Shown here piece after piece: positions 39,122 to 52,330 of a stretch of 64,000 bases of DNA (position 1 is its first letter; every line of letters starts with the position of its first letter). The notes beneath the pieces were generated by a model. That model was given only the letters and a program-made list of their open reading frames with translations. It had not been told where the DNA came from and made no database searches. The stretch comes from the human T2T-CHM13v2.0 reference genome, Homo sapiens: assembly GCF_009914755.1 (NCBI RefSeq), contig NC_060936.1. One strand, 5' to 3'. A program made the position numbers and the translations under genes.

Positions 39122-40519
39122 GTAAGTTTAAATGTACACAATTAATGAAAGGTTCTTACTGTAATTGAAAATGCTTCTAAATTTTCGTCATCTTAGACAA
39201 TTTCCTATTTTAAGTTTTGTGAATTTTTGTTCAAAATAATGTAAATACATGACCATTTACAGTATGCATTACCCCATAGCATTAGTTTTAAGGACAAAAA
39301 TTTTGTTTCATTTCCTGCTATATCCCCATCCCCTAGAACAATGCCTGGCCATATGATAGGTACTCAGTAATTATTTGTTTAATGAGTAGATTCTTATCAG
39401 GGTTAAGATTGATGCATAAAACAATTTCTTAGTCTATTCCTTTCTTTACATCAAAGTCAAATTTTACAGGAGAGGAGCTTTTCCACAACACATTTTATGG
39501 TTAGATCTTATGTGATAAAAGTAGGTTGGAAGAACCTGTAGGATTATGTTTTTTATGACTTATCCAGTGTTTTGTCTTCTTGACCTTCATTTGATAAGCA
39601 GTTATTTCCAGCTTTATTGGTGTCTTAAAGCTTTATTATTAAGACCTACTTCTCTTTACATGCATTTATATTTTAAAAATGAGCTCATTATCTTTTGAGA
39701 ATAATATGATACATTAGAATGATCTTTCAACTAAGGTGTTAGATAATTAAATGGAATAATAAGCCAAAGCTATTTTAGCTGCTGCTTTTTGGTTTTAATA
39801 TAATTTTGTATAGTTGACATGGGAAATATTTGTTGTGTTGTCTCTACAGATAGACCCTAGTGGTATATGGGTATGCCATTTTTATAGTCTTAAAAGTACC
39901 ATATGCCCAGAGTTACTCAGAATACATCCCAAGTAAGAAGGTGTCCTGAAATGTTCCTTTACCTGCTGTTCTTCTATCTATTTTCAGTACAGTTACTGGT
40001 TCAATTAATGACATGCTCTACAGCTGGTCCTAGGATGCCTGCTTTTCTATTTATTGTATTTAAGCATGATCTTAGAGAATGTAGGGTTTTCTTTCTCATT
40101 AGGTGATTTAATGAATTTCAGATTCAGCCTAATATTCCATTTATGCATTGAATTAGTTAATTTCCAGGTAAAGTACACATAGCTCATCAATTCTTAACCA
40201 TCAATCCCACTGTTTGCTATTAGAAAGCTGATTTGGATTTCCTTGCAAACTTTTGATGACATTTAAGATTTTTGGGGGATACTGTGACTGTATCTGTACA
40301 TGGCATTGAAAAATACCTTTGCTTCTGATTTGATCAATTGTTTATAAATATTCATCAATCAGATACTAAGTACTTACTGTTATTCTAGGTCAGTAGATTG
40401 GAAGAATAAAAAAAATGCATTCTTTCAAAATGCTTATAATTTAGAAGGCCAAATAAGATGTACAGAATAACTCTTTTGGTGGTAAAAGTTAACACTCATT
40501 TCTTTTGAAATTGATTTTA

Positions 40520-41118
<599 letters not shown>

Positions 41119-41472
41119 AACACCCGTTTTGCTGTAAAATTATTGGTAAATTGGAATTAGAAGGAAACTTACTTACTCTGATTCAAAATGAAAAAGAATA
41201 TCTTCATGAAATGAACAACAGATATATTAATAAATGTCATACATTCAGTAGAAGGTCTGATTAAAAAAAGATAAAGGACAATTGATAGACATAAAACTTC
41301 AGTACCTTTTTAATAACATTTCTGAATAATTTAATATGTCCTCTGAACTTACATATACTAAGTTTTTCCATAGGGCATATAGTAAGTGTTATACTCTGAG
41401 ATTCTGATACCAATTTCTAGTTCTTCCTCATTAAGAAACATTAAAAGCCCGTTATTTATTTCAATTAAAAAA

Positions 41473-43367
41473 ATTTTTTATTATTATACTTTAAGTTCTG
41501 GGGTACATGTGCAGAACCTGCAGGTTTGTTACATAGGTATACATGTGCCATGGTGGTTTGCTGCACCCATCAACCTGTCATGCACATTAGGTATTTCTTC
41601 TAATGCTGTCCCTTCCCTAGCCCCCTACCCACTGACAGGCCCCGGTGTGTGATGTTCCCCTCCCTGTGTCCATGTGCTCTCATTATTCAACTCCCACTTA
41701 TGAGTGAGAAAATGTGGTGTTTGGTTTTCTGTCCTGTGTTAGTTTGCTGAGAATGATGGTTTCCAGCTTCATCCATGTTCCTGCAAAGGACATGAACTCA
41801 TCGTTTTTGATGGCTGTTTAGTATTCCATGGTGTATATGTGCCACATTTTCTTTATCCAATCTATCATTGATGGGCATTTGGGTTGGTTCCAGGTCTTTG
41901 CTATTGTGAATAGTGCCTCAGTAAACATACGTGTGCATGTGTCTTTATAGTAGAATGATTTATAATCCTTTGGGTATATACCCAGTAATGGGATTCCTGG
42001 GTCAAATGGTATTTCTGGTTGTGGATTCTTGAGGAATTGCCACACTGTCTTCCACAATGGTTGAACTAATTTACACTCCCACCAAGAGTATAAAAGCGTT
42101 TCTGTTTCTCCACATCCTCTCCGGCATCTATTGTTTCCTGACTTTTTAATGATCACCATTCTAACTGGCGTGAAATGGTATCTATCTCATTGTGGTTTTG
42201 ATTTGCATTTCTCTAATGACTAGTGATGATGAGCTTTTTTTCATATGTTTGTTGACCGTATAAATGTCTTCTTTTGAGAAGTGTCTGTTCATATCCTTTG
42301 CCTACGTTTTGATGGGTTTTTTTTTCTTGTAAATTTGTTTAAGTTTTTTGTAGATTCTGGATATTAGCCCTTTGTCACATGGATGGATTGCAAAAATTTT
42401 CTCCCATTCTGTGGGTTGCCTGTTCACTCTGACGATAGTTTCTTTTGCTGTGCAGAAGCTCTTTAGTTTAATTAGATCCCATTTGTATACTTTGGCTTTG
42501 GTTGCCATTGCTTTTGGTGTTTGTAGTCATGAAGTCTTTGCCCATGCCTGTGTCCTGAATGGTATTGCCTAGGTTTTCTTCTAGGGTTTTTATGGTTTTA
42601 GGTCTTATGTTTAAGTCTTTAATCCATCTTGAGTTAATTTTTGTATGAGGTGTAAGGAAGGGGTCCAGTTTCAGTTTTCTGCATATGGCTAGCCAGTTTT
42701 CCCAACACCATTTATTAAAGAGGGAATTTTTTCCCCATTGCTTGTTTTTCTCAGATTTGTCAAAGATCAGATGGTTGTAGATGTGTGGTGTTATTTCTGA
42801 GACCTCTGTTCTGTTCCATTGATCTATATATCTGTTTTGGTACCAGTACCATGCTGTTTTGATTACTGTAGCCTTGTAGTATAGTTTGAAGTCAGGTAGC
42901 ATGATGCCTCCAGCTTTGTTCTTTTTGCTTAGGATTGTCTTGGCTATGCAGGGTCTTTTTTGGTTCCATATGAAATTTAAAGTAGTTTTCTGTAATTCTG
43001 TGAAGAAAGTCAATGGAAGCTTGATGGGAATAGCATTGAATCTGTAAGTTACTTTGGGCAGTATTGCCATTTTCACAATATTTATTCTTCGTATCTATGA
43101 GCATGGAATGTTTTTCCATTTGTGCATGTCCTCTTATTTCCTTGATCAGTGGTTTTGTAGTTCTCCTTGAAGAGGTCTTTCACATCCCTTGTACGTTGTA
43201 TTCCTGGGCATTTAATTCTCTTTGCAGCAATTGTGAATGGGAGTTCACTCATGATTTGGCTCTCTGTTTGTCTGTTATTGGTGTATAGGAATGCTTGTGA
43301 TTTTTGTAAATTGATTTTTTTTTCCTGAGACTTTGCTGAAGTTGCTTTTCAGCTTAAGGAGATTTTG
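41473..43367 (-). mobile_element. 5'-truncated L1PA
   Basis: Minus ORFs match L1 ORF2 C-terminus; TSD aaaagccc(g/t)ttatttat at ~41443 and ~43368. Confidence 0.95.
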
Positions 43368-44480
43368 AAAAGCCCTTTATTTATCAAGTCAGTTTTTGTT
43401 TCGATTCCTGTTCTTATTTTATCAGAATTTGCTGATCGTCTGTTGTGTGCTTTTCCTGCCCTTCTGGGATGTCACAACTTTCTTGCATCAGGGCCTCTGT
43501 TGCTATCTTCTTTTGACATATCTTCTTTTCTTTTCCAAGACTTTCTATATCTTCTTTTTAGCTAGCCGTTTACCTTCCTCTCTTACCAACTCTTAATTTC
43601 CTCCGACTGTTTATTAAGTATGTGCCTCTCGCATCTCAAGCATTTGAATGAATCAATAATTGTGATTGCAATGTGAAATAAAAGGAAACCCTGAATCTTA
43701 CTCCTTTATCCTTCATGCGTTTCTCAGACACTGCAATCTGCCTTTTCCCTCACTGCTGTAAAAAGAAAATCAGGTAAGGCTTACCAATCATGACATAATT
43801 GCCAAGTCCAATGTAAATTTTTCAGTCCTTATCTTACTTGATCTGTCAGTAGCATTTGACAGTATTTACCATTGATTTAAAAAATGTTCTCTTGTTGACT
43901 TTTGTGATAGTTTTATGTATGGTGAAAATAAGGAAATGATCAAAGTCTGGTTTCATGAATTACACACTTTATTGCCATACAAAGATAATTTTTTCCCCTT
44001 AGGTTCACAATGCTTAAAGAGAGGAAGAACAACCTGAACAAATCTCACAGGGAATATACTCAATAGATGAGGTACATTAACTATATAATGAGTGAGTTCC
44101 AAATTGTTAAAAGTCTAGTCCAATTCGGATGAAAGCAGGAGAGGATTGAGCTTTTTACGATTAGTTTCTTGGGCTTGACCAACATAGGAGAGATCCATGA
44201 AGACACTTGAAGTTCCTGGACACAAGAAGTTGGACGTTAATGTTGTCATGACAAGACTTCAAAGCTCCAAGGCCTGTAGAGGCCTGAACTCTGCTTTTGG
44301 AGAAGTAACTGACAGAGTGTAGCCTGTCACAGACTAAGTGTTCAGAATGTCAAACTGTTATGTTTATATGTATTTTGAAGTCCACTAGTTAAGGTCAGTT
44401 ACTCACATGGGGTCTGAGAAAGTGTAATGTAACATTCCCAAGAGGGGAAGGAGTTCACCCCAAGTACTCACATATGGAGT

Positions 44481-45055
44481 TTGTATTGGCATTCTCCAGA
44501 GGGACAGAACTAATGGGATATATGTATAAGTGGAAGGAAGTTTATTAGGGAGAATTGGCTCACCTGATCACAAGTTGAAGTCTCACAGTAGGCCGTCTGC
44601 ACGCTGAGGAAGAAAGAAGCCAGTAGTGGCGCAGTACAAGTTTGAAAGTCTCAAAACCAGAAGAGCCGACAGTGCTGCCTTCAGTCTGTGGCCAAAGGCC
44701 CAAGAGCCCCCTGGCAAACCACTGGCGTTTAAGTCCAAGTGTCCAAATGCTGAAGAACTTGGATTCTGAAGTCCAAGGGCAGGAGGAAGCATCCAACATG
44801 GGGAAAAAGAAGGAAGCCAGAAAACCCAGCAAGCAAAGTTATCCTACCTTCTTCTGCCTGCTTTGTTTTTGCCGTGCTGGCAGCCAATTGGATGATACCA
44901 GCCGACATTGAGGGTGGGTCTTCCTCTCCCAGTCCACAGACTCAAATGTCAGTCTCCTCTGGCAACACCCTCACAGACACACCCAGAAACAATACTTTCC
45001 TAGCCAACTAGGCAACCCTCGATCCAATCAAGTTGACACCTAACATTAACCATCA
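44481..45055 (-). mobile_element. MLT2-type (ERVL) LTR
   Basis: ttctccagagggacagaactaat ... aagttgacacctaacattaaccatca. Confidence 0.8.
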
Positions 45056-45149
45056 TAGGGTCCGATAAGACTTCGCATTCTCCTAGGGAGTGGGAGTAGT
45101 TGCATTTTACATATGCGATCTGATAGTTCTCATATTCGTGTTTTTTGTT

Positions 45150-45448
45150 CTTGGTTTTTTGTTTTTTTTTTTTTTGATATGGAGTCTCACTCTATCGCCC
45201 AGCCTTGAGTGCAGTGGCACAATCTTGGCTCACTGCAACCTCTGCCTCCTGGATTCAAGCAGTTCTCTGGCCTCAGTAGCTAGGAGTACAGGCGTTTGCC
45301 GCCACACCCAGCTAATTTTTGTATTTTTGGTAAAGACGGGGTTTCACCATATCGGCTAGGCTGGTTTCGAACTCCTGACCTCAAATGATCCACCCACCTC
45401 GGCCTCCCCGAGTGTTGGGATTACAGGTGTGAGCCACCTCACCTGGCC
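45150..45448 (-). mobile_element. AluS
   Basis: Reverse Alu with small deletion. Confidence 0.9.
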
Positions 45449-46946
45449 ATATTCTTGAAGGGTGGAGGAATACATCATTTTAAAGCTGTGTGACAAATTC
45501 TCTTTTTGTACTGTCTTGCTCAGTCTCTTAATCTGGCTCCTCTTTCCTCCTCTTCTCCCAGCCCTCTTACATGTTAACAGTATTCCCTAGTGTTCTGATT
45601 TGGGTCTACCCCTTCCAAGTTCTGTTCTTGGTTCCTAAAATGTTCTTGATTTCAGCACCTTCTCCTTTTATTTTTTACCTTTGATTGAGGACTGAATCTC
45701 TTGCCAACATTAGCCTTTACTGGTCTCTTTGCCTTCAGTTTTTTTTGTTGTTGTTTTGTTTTTCCTGTCTTTCATTTATTCTGTATATTAAAAAAGTGAT
45801 CCTTTCTAGTAATTAGAATTTAATTAATTAGATTGTGTCACTTTTCTATTTTATGGCTCCCTGTGACCTACAGAATGAAATCCAAATGACAGCATCTGCA
45901 AACTCTTATTTCCCACTACTTCACACGTCCTACTTCTGCTCTAGCAGAGTCATTTTGTGCGGGCATACTCCATGATGTTGCATGTCTGTGTACTTAGAAG
46001 CTTATTCCTTCTACCTGGAATGCCTTTTACCCTGCATCTCTTGGCAGATTTCTCTTATTCCTTATGGATGTGTCTTAAGTGCTGTTTCCTCCTTAGATAG
46101 TTTATGAAGCTGCTTTGATAAAAAGAAAAGCAGGTCTGAATGATAAGATCAGGGTATACATGTTTTGAAATAGTATAAATGGTTAGTAAATGTTGATTGC
46201 TCAGGCCATGATACAGACTTCTAAAGATTATAACATTTCACTTGTCATTGATTGTTTAATGTTGAGATGGTGGCAAACAAAAGTAGGTATATGGGTTATA
46301 AAACCAAACAGAGTATACGTAATGGCTTTGTGGAGCTTTTCTTCCCCCCCCCCCCCCCATTATATGCACACTGGGGATTTATTTTAGTTATTTATTTACC
46401 ATATAAAGCTTTGAATATTTCTTTGCAACAGGGGTAAGTAGTCTAGAAATTAAAATACCCTTTAACAGAGAGACTTACATATCCATAACTTCCAAATGTG
46501 AAAGAGATAGTATAGTTACAGAATTTATTATTTTTTTGGATGTACTTGTATTTTGGGGGGATGCAAATGATGAATGGGCTGTTTTCTGCCTTTGTTTCTC
46601 ATCCATTTAGAATCTACTGTTATATATTAATTTATCACTTTTCCCCCTATAAAAATGTTGCCTACACAAATGAGATTTCAGTGAGGTTTTATGGATAATG
46701 CTTCTCTAGTGTAGAATCGTTTAGTTAATTTATATAAGTATATGAATAAAAACTGATTGAGAAATATAGTTACCATCTCTGCTTGACAATGGTGAGAAGA
46801 GCTAAGTTGGTATGTTTTTAAAATGCAGAATGACTCTTGATTTCTCAGTCTTTTCCACTACAGAGCAAATTTAGTAGGAAGAAGAGATTAGGATACCATC
46901 TATAGGTGATTTTATATCAGCGTAAAATATGCAAGGCAATTTAGAC

Positions 46947-48341
46947 TAGTGGTTCTCAAATTTTTCAATCTTAGGACCCCTTCATACTTAAAATGTTTTT
47001 GAAGACCTCTACAAGCTTTTGTTTTTGTGAAATAATTAACAGTATTTAACATATTAGAAGTCAAAATTCAAACATTTAAGTATATATATATATTTAAAAT
47101 AAACTCATTACATTAACGCAAATGCCATAAATAGAATACTATTTTTCAAAACAAAAAACAATTTAGTGAGAAGACTGGCATTATTTTACACTTCTGCAAA
47201 TTTCTTTAATGTCTGGTTTAATGGAATACAGCAGGATTCCCGTATCTGCTTCTGCATTACATCTTTTGTGATGGATTGTTTCATTTCAAGTATATGAAAA
47301 AAAGTTTCACACATGCATGTTGGAAAAGAGGAGTATTTTGCCTTTTCAGATAATTGTGGATATTCTTTTTTGATACTAGACCAAAGCTCAACAAGTGATA
47401 GTTTCTTAAAGGTTAGTTGCCATGAATAATCTGAATGTATCAATTAATTTTTTACTCTATTACATTAAAATCTACTGGTTTATCTTGCAGATTGAATGAT
47501 TCTTTTACCTGTATGTGATTTTGTAATTTTAACTTATTAGTTATTTGGAAAATAATTGATTCATTGAGTTGTATAGATCTTCCAAATGTTGACACATCTC
47601 ATTATAAGATAGCTAAAGATCACATATGTTGATATCACCACCAGTGTCATCAGAAAAACTTATAGTACTATATTGAGAAGCTGTTAAGCTCACAGAATCA
47701 CATAAAACTTTTCTCATGTTCTAATTTTAGGGTGAAAACTTGAATTTTATCATTGGCAACAAATATTGTCAGTTATTTTCACTGAAATGGCAAGTTATCT
47801 TTTTTATAGTTGAGAAAATGTCTGCCAAATACTCAAGTCTGATAACTCTAGTTTGATAACTCTAGTTTGTATATTAGTCATTTTTTTCAAGTAAAAATTG
47901 TGTCCCATTAAAAATGTGCAAATTCAACTCAAAAGTCAGTTACCTAGGTGTTTTTCCTGAGACATCCATTGTACTTTGGATATGCAGTAGACGTGCTTTA
48001 TATGTACTGCCTATTTCCTCCCACAGAATACTAGAGCACGTACTCCAGGGTAGAGATTTAATAAAATTAATAGTTTTAATGGCTTCACAAAGGACATTCT
48101 TTAGTGACATTGGCTTTTTACTGTTATTGTGTGATGGTGAAGAATAAGACTATTACACTAGTGTGATTTGCTACCACTGCCTTGACTTAAGGTAACAGTA
48201 GTTTCACCCTCACTGCTTTTGAACCATTGGTGCAAATGTTAACATAGTCAAAAAGGCAAGTAACATATCAGTATAATTATGAAAGTAATTTTGGGCCTCC
48301 GAAAACTCCCATGGGTTCATCGACCACTTTAAGAACCTCTG
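46947..48341. mobile_element. Charlie1a-like hAT DNA transposon
   Basis: TIRs tagtggttctcaaa ... tttaagaacctctg; minus ORF 47186-47443 has hAT dimerisation-like remnant (W..IKKEYPQLSEKA). Confidence 0.8.
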
Positions 48342-48711
48342 ATGTAGACTTTGAAAAGAAGGAAGTCCTCTAATTTCATAATTTCATTTCTCAATACCTG
48401 ATATACTTTTTTAGATAGAAGACCATTTTTGAAAATCTTTATCATTTTTAATCATTCTGGTTTCATATAGTAAGAATAGCTAGCATTCTATTGAATATTT
48501 GTTATATGCCAGCTATAGGTACTATTATGACCTACATTTTACAGATGAGGAAATAAACGCACCACGTTAAGTGCTTAAAGCCACACGCCAGAGCCCAGCT
48601 TGTTTTTTTAACTTTTATGCTTCATGTGCAAGTGACTTTAGTTGTTTAGTCTTTGCTACATTGTTTATTCTTTTCTATCTCTATATCAGGAAAGAAATTA
48701 TATTCCTGTTC

Positions 48712-48830
48712 TTTTTTTTTTTTTAAGAGACAGTGTCTCACTGTGTTGCCCAAGCTGGAGTGCAGTGGCATGCTCCTCACTGCAGCCTTGAACTCCTGAG
48801 CTCTAGTGATCACCAGCCTCCTGAATAGCT
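48712..48830 (-). mobile_element. Alu monomer fragment
   Basis: Reverse Alu right-arm sequence. Confidence 0.7.
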
Positions 48831-49757
48831 GAATAGTTAGTGGTATTTTTTTGAGGAAGCCAAAAACAAAGTGCAGAGTGCTTTTTAAATAGAGATCTTT
48901 AGGTTGAAAAATTTTTTTTACATGTATTATATCCTTTAGTCTTTAAAACAATCCTGTGTAGAATACAGAATGGCTAATATTCCCATCTCGTAAATGATAG
49001 ATCTGACACTAAAGTTTGTGACTTATTAAAGGTTGCAAAGGTACTCAGAGATAGAGCCTGGACTGGAACCTCTACATCTTGTAATTCAAATTAAGAATTC
49101 TTTTTGGTATACTGTGCTGCTTGGTATTTTTAAATACCAAGGTCATGGCTGTTGAATACTTTTTTGTTAGAGCCCCTTTGTTACTGTTGCTGTAATGAAT
49201 TTAGCTGAAACAAAAACCTTGTCTTTAATACTGTTTCTACTTAGAATATTTCTAGTTAGAATATAGTATTTCTTGGGAAGTGAAATCTTGTTCAGATTTT
49301 AAAATATTACCCTGTTTAACTGAAAATAGATTGTAAAGCACACATAATTATTTTACAGTTACTAATTACATGCTAATTTCCCTGTAAGTCCAAAACCCAT
49401 ATTTTTCCTGACATGAGTTGTGTTACTTTATGTTGTGGTCTGTTATGCAGAATTAAGCCAGTAAGATCATTTTCAGATGTTTGTCACCCCTAGAACATTT
49501 TTCACATTTAAATATATTTATTGCTTGTGAGATTTGGATTTTCTTTTGTGTTTATATTTGTATGTCAAGAAACAAAGGCCTTTGATATAATAATGTGTAA
49601 GCCTGTTAGCAATTATAACCATTAAAAACACTAACATCTATCAGTGCTGATGGTAAACTTTGCTTTATAAAAAAGCACATCACAGGAACTGGCCTCTATT
49701 TTTCAAGTGATTATAATTTACCATAATCTCCTTTGGTGTTGACGAAAGTGATCTGTA

Positions 49758-49769
49758 GCCATCTAGTGG
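49758..49769 (-). promoter_or_regulatory. Candidate CTCF binding core
   Basis: Reverse complement reads CCACTAGATGGC, matching CCACYAGRKGGC. Confidence 0.6.
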
Positions 49770-49932
49770 GTGCAGACGTCAGTAGGATCTAGGTTTTAGA
49801 CGCTTTATATAAAAAGAACAGCAAGAAAGTGTGGTGCATGGAGTTGATTTAGAGGATAGAATTAGCAATTCATATGTGTTTTACAGAGAAATTCATTATC
49901 ATAATTTTTGATTTTTCTTTCCTTCTTTTAAG

Positions 49933-50006
49933 GCTTCTCATTTCTTTTGGGGATTGTGGGCTTTGATTCAAGCCAAATACTCCACTATTGAGTTTGATTT
50001 CCTTGG
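49933..50006 (+). CDS. ETNK1: ETNK1 coding exon 7 (ASHFFWGLWALIQAKYSTIEFDFL)
   Basis: Long polypyrimidine tract + AAG acceptor, TGG|GTAAGT donor; SHFFWGLW motif typical of choline/ethanolamine kinases. Confidence 0.97.
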
Positions 50007-50331
50007 GTAAGTTAAATTTTATTATATGATTACATTGGTCTCTGCTTTTGTTTGGATTAACATTAAGAATTCACAGGGAATATTGTAGTTATTTGCAATC
50101 AATTATAAAAGTTGTATACACTTAGTAATTGGTCTGTGAAGAAATTGCTATAAGCTGTTAAGTGCTCGCAGGATTAGAAAAGTGTCCAGTAGGTGGTGCA
50201 ATAAACTAAAAATATGTCCTTTGAAAATCTTAAACTTTAAGAAAACCAGCTTAGAGGACTGAGTGAAAATAAGGGAAGGACCAAGTTTTTCAGCTTTGAC
50301 TAATTTTTTTGTTGTTCTCTTTTCTCACTAG

Positions 50332-50404
50332 GTATGCAATTGTTCGTTTTAACCAGTACTTTAAAATGAAGCCTGAGGTTACTGCATTAAAAGTGCCTGA
50401 GTAA
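50332..50404 (+). CDS. ETNK1: ETNK1 last coding exon 8 (YAIVRFNQYFKMKPEVTALKVPE*)
   Basis: Branch point TGACTAAT ~50297-50304, ctcactag acceptor, stop TAA 50402-50404. Confidence 0.97.
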
Positions 50405-52295
50405 AGAAGAGATTTAATTATTCTCCAGTAGCTGAGCAATGCTTGTGAATCTTTTCTTAAGAAATCCCAAAAAGCCAATATTAGTTAAAATTCTGTTGTT
50501 TAATTTGGTTATCTTGCTTTATAAATTATGCCTCTAAACAATCAAATCTATTTTTGAAATAGACTGAATGATGTCAAGAAATATACCTACTGCTATCCGT
50601 ATGTGGTGGATTAGAAATGTGTTAAATCTGCAAAAGGTATAAAGATGTCAGTTTAATTTCTTTGATAATTTAACCTATGTTGTATGTGAATTATTTATTA
50701 TAAACTTAGCACGATTCTGTGACTGTTTTTCTCTGTTTCACGTTCGTTGAGTGTAAGCAATGAAAATGTCCCAAATAAGTTTTTTAAGTTTTACTTTAAT
50801 AAGATTAATTTCAGTAAACATTCTAGTTGTTCAGTGTAACCTTTTTATCTTGATGCATTGTAAGTAAAATGAATCATTTACTCTTGAAATGCCAGTCATT
50901 GACTGATGTAGATAATTTAGGATTTTCATATAAAAATAGCTGTTTAGGAAGGTGAAATACATTCACTGTCTCTGTTGGTGGTACATCTTGTTGAATTCAA
51001 TATTAGAAAGTATTTCTTTTTGGGGTAATATAACTTAGAATTAAATCCCTGTTTCTCTATGTAGTCTGGCAGTATAAATATAAATATTTACCATATAATC
51101 TTGGAATAAGTATTAGTTAATGTTACCAAAATCTGTATTAAATAATGTTTTCAAATGCTAAATATGGTCGTTACTATTTTCAGTTTTAAAAATTTTATAG
51201 TAATTGTTTCTAACCAAAAATTTCCTTTTACTTCTAGAGATGCTTTATGTTTTTGATTATTAAATAGTCACTAGTATTGCTAATTTTTGAAACAAATACA
51301 CAAAATTTATCATATGTAGAAATAAGAAAATATTGTTTAGGTTAATTATTTTTTACCTATCCAGAGTCATTCCTTACATTTCAGTTTCATGTTTCATTCC
51401 TCACATTTTAGTTTCATGTTTTAGTTTGATTCTATGTTTTTAGACTGATAGCAAATGATTACTTGATACATGTAAGTTCAGCGTTATATGTTGAGGCAGT
51501 TATATAATTAAATAAGGAACACTTAGGGCATTGATCTTGTACACTTAAAATCTGACAAATGACAAAATGTGAATTAAGCATAAATAGTCATGGCAGGAGG
51601 GCTTTTGTTTATTTCTCTTGTTTTTGTTTAACTGTATTTTTAATTTTGTCTGGTGGTAAGAGGGAGGTAATTATTGTATGGAAAGAAGTTAGATCTTTCA
51701 GATAGATAAATAGGCTTCAGGTTTTGAAGTCTGCTCTGTGTAGTTGAGCAGTCATGGTTAACTTTACTTAGAAAATTAGTCTGACAAGCTTTGCACTTCG
51801 GTCACATAAGTGCCCATGTACAAAGTTGGCTTACTGGATCTGCATATTCAAAATATGCAACTACAAATTTATCCTCTGAGAAATCTTCTGAGGAGTCTAA
51901 TGTATTCCAAATGACTTAATATTCTCAGACAAATGCTTTAAAATACTTGGATTATCTCAAGATTTTTGAAGCTAATAAAGTAAATAGAAACACAGGCCAT
52001 TTTAAATGGTAAATTCTAGTTACATAAATATAATCTTAAAGTATGTTTGTATCTGTAACAGTGTTAGACCAGATTTGGTTTCTACCTCCCCAATGTTATA
52101 AATGTTCACTTTTGTTTTTATAAACCATATTACTGTAAGATCAATAGAACTTTGCCTAGTTAAGTGAATGGAACCAATTAAACAACTAGTAGCTTTTTAT
52201 AATGTTAGTGTGAACTTGAAAAATTGTTTTTGGTGGAATTTTTGTCTATGGTTAGAACATTTTCATAAAACAGATAAAGAATGTGTAATACTCTT

Positions 52296-52330
<35 letters not shown>

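Noticed and set aside
41818-43076. 113-aa and 202-aa minus-strand ORFs
   Set aside because: Frameshifted remnants of L1 ORF2 in a truncated L1PA; not genes.
46344-46358. C15 run (and other homopolymers/microsatellites such as the T-run at ~52298-52328)
   Set aside because: Simple slippage repeats with no supporting context.
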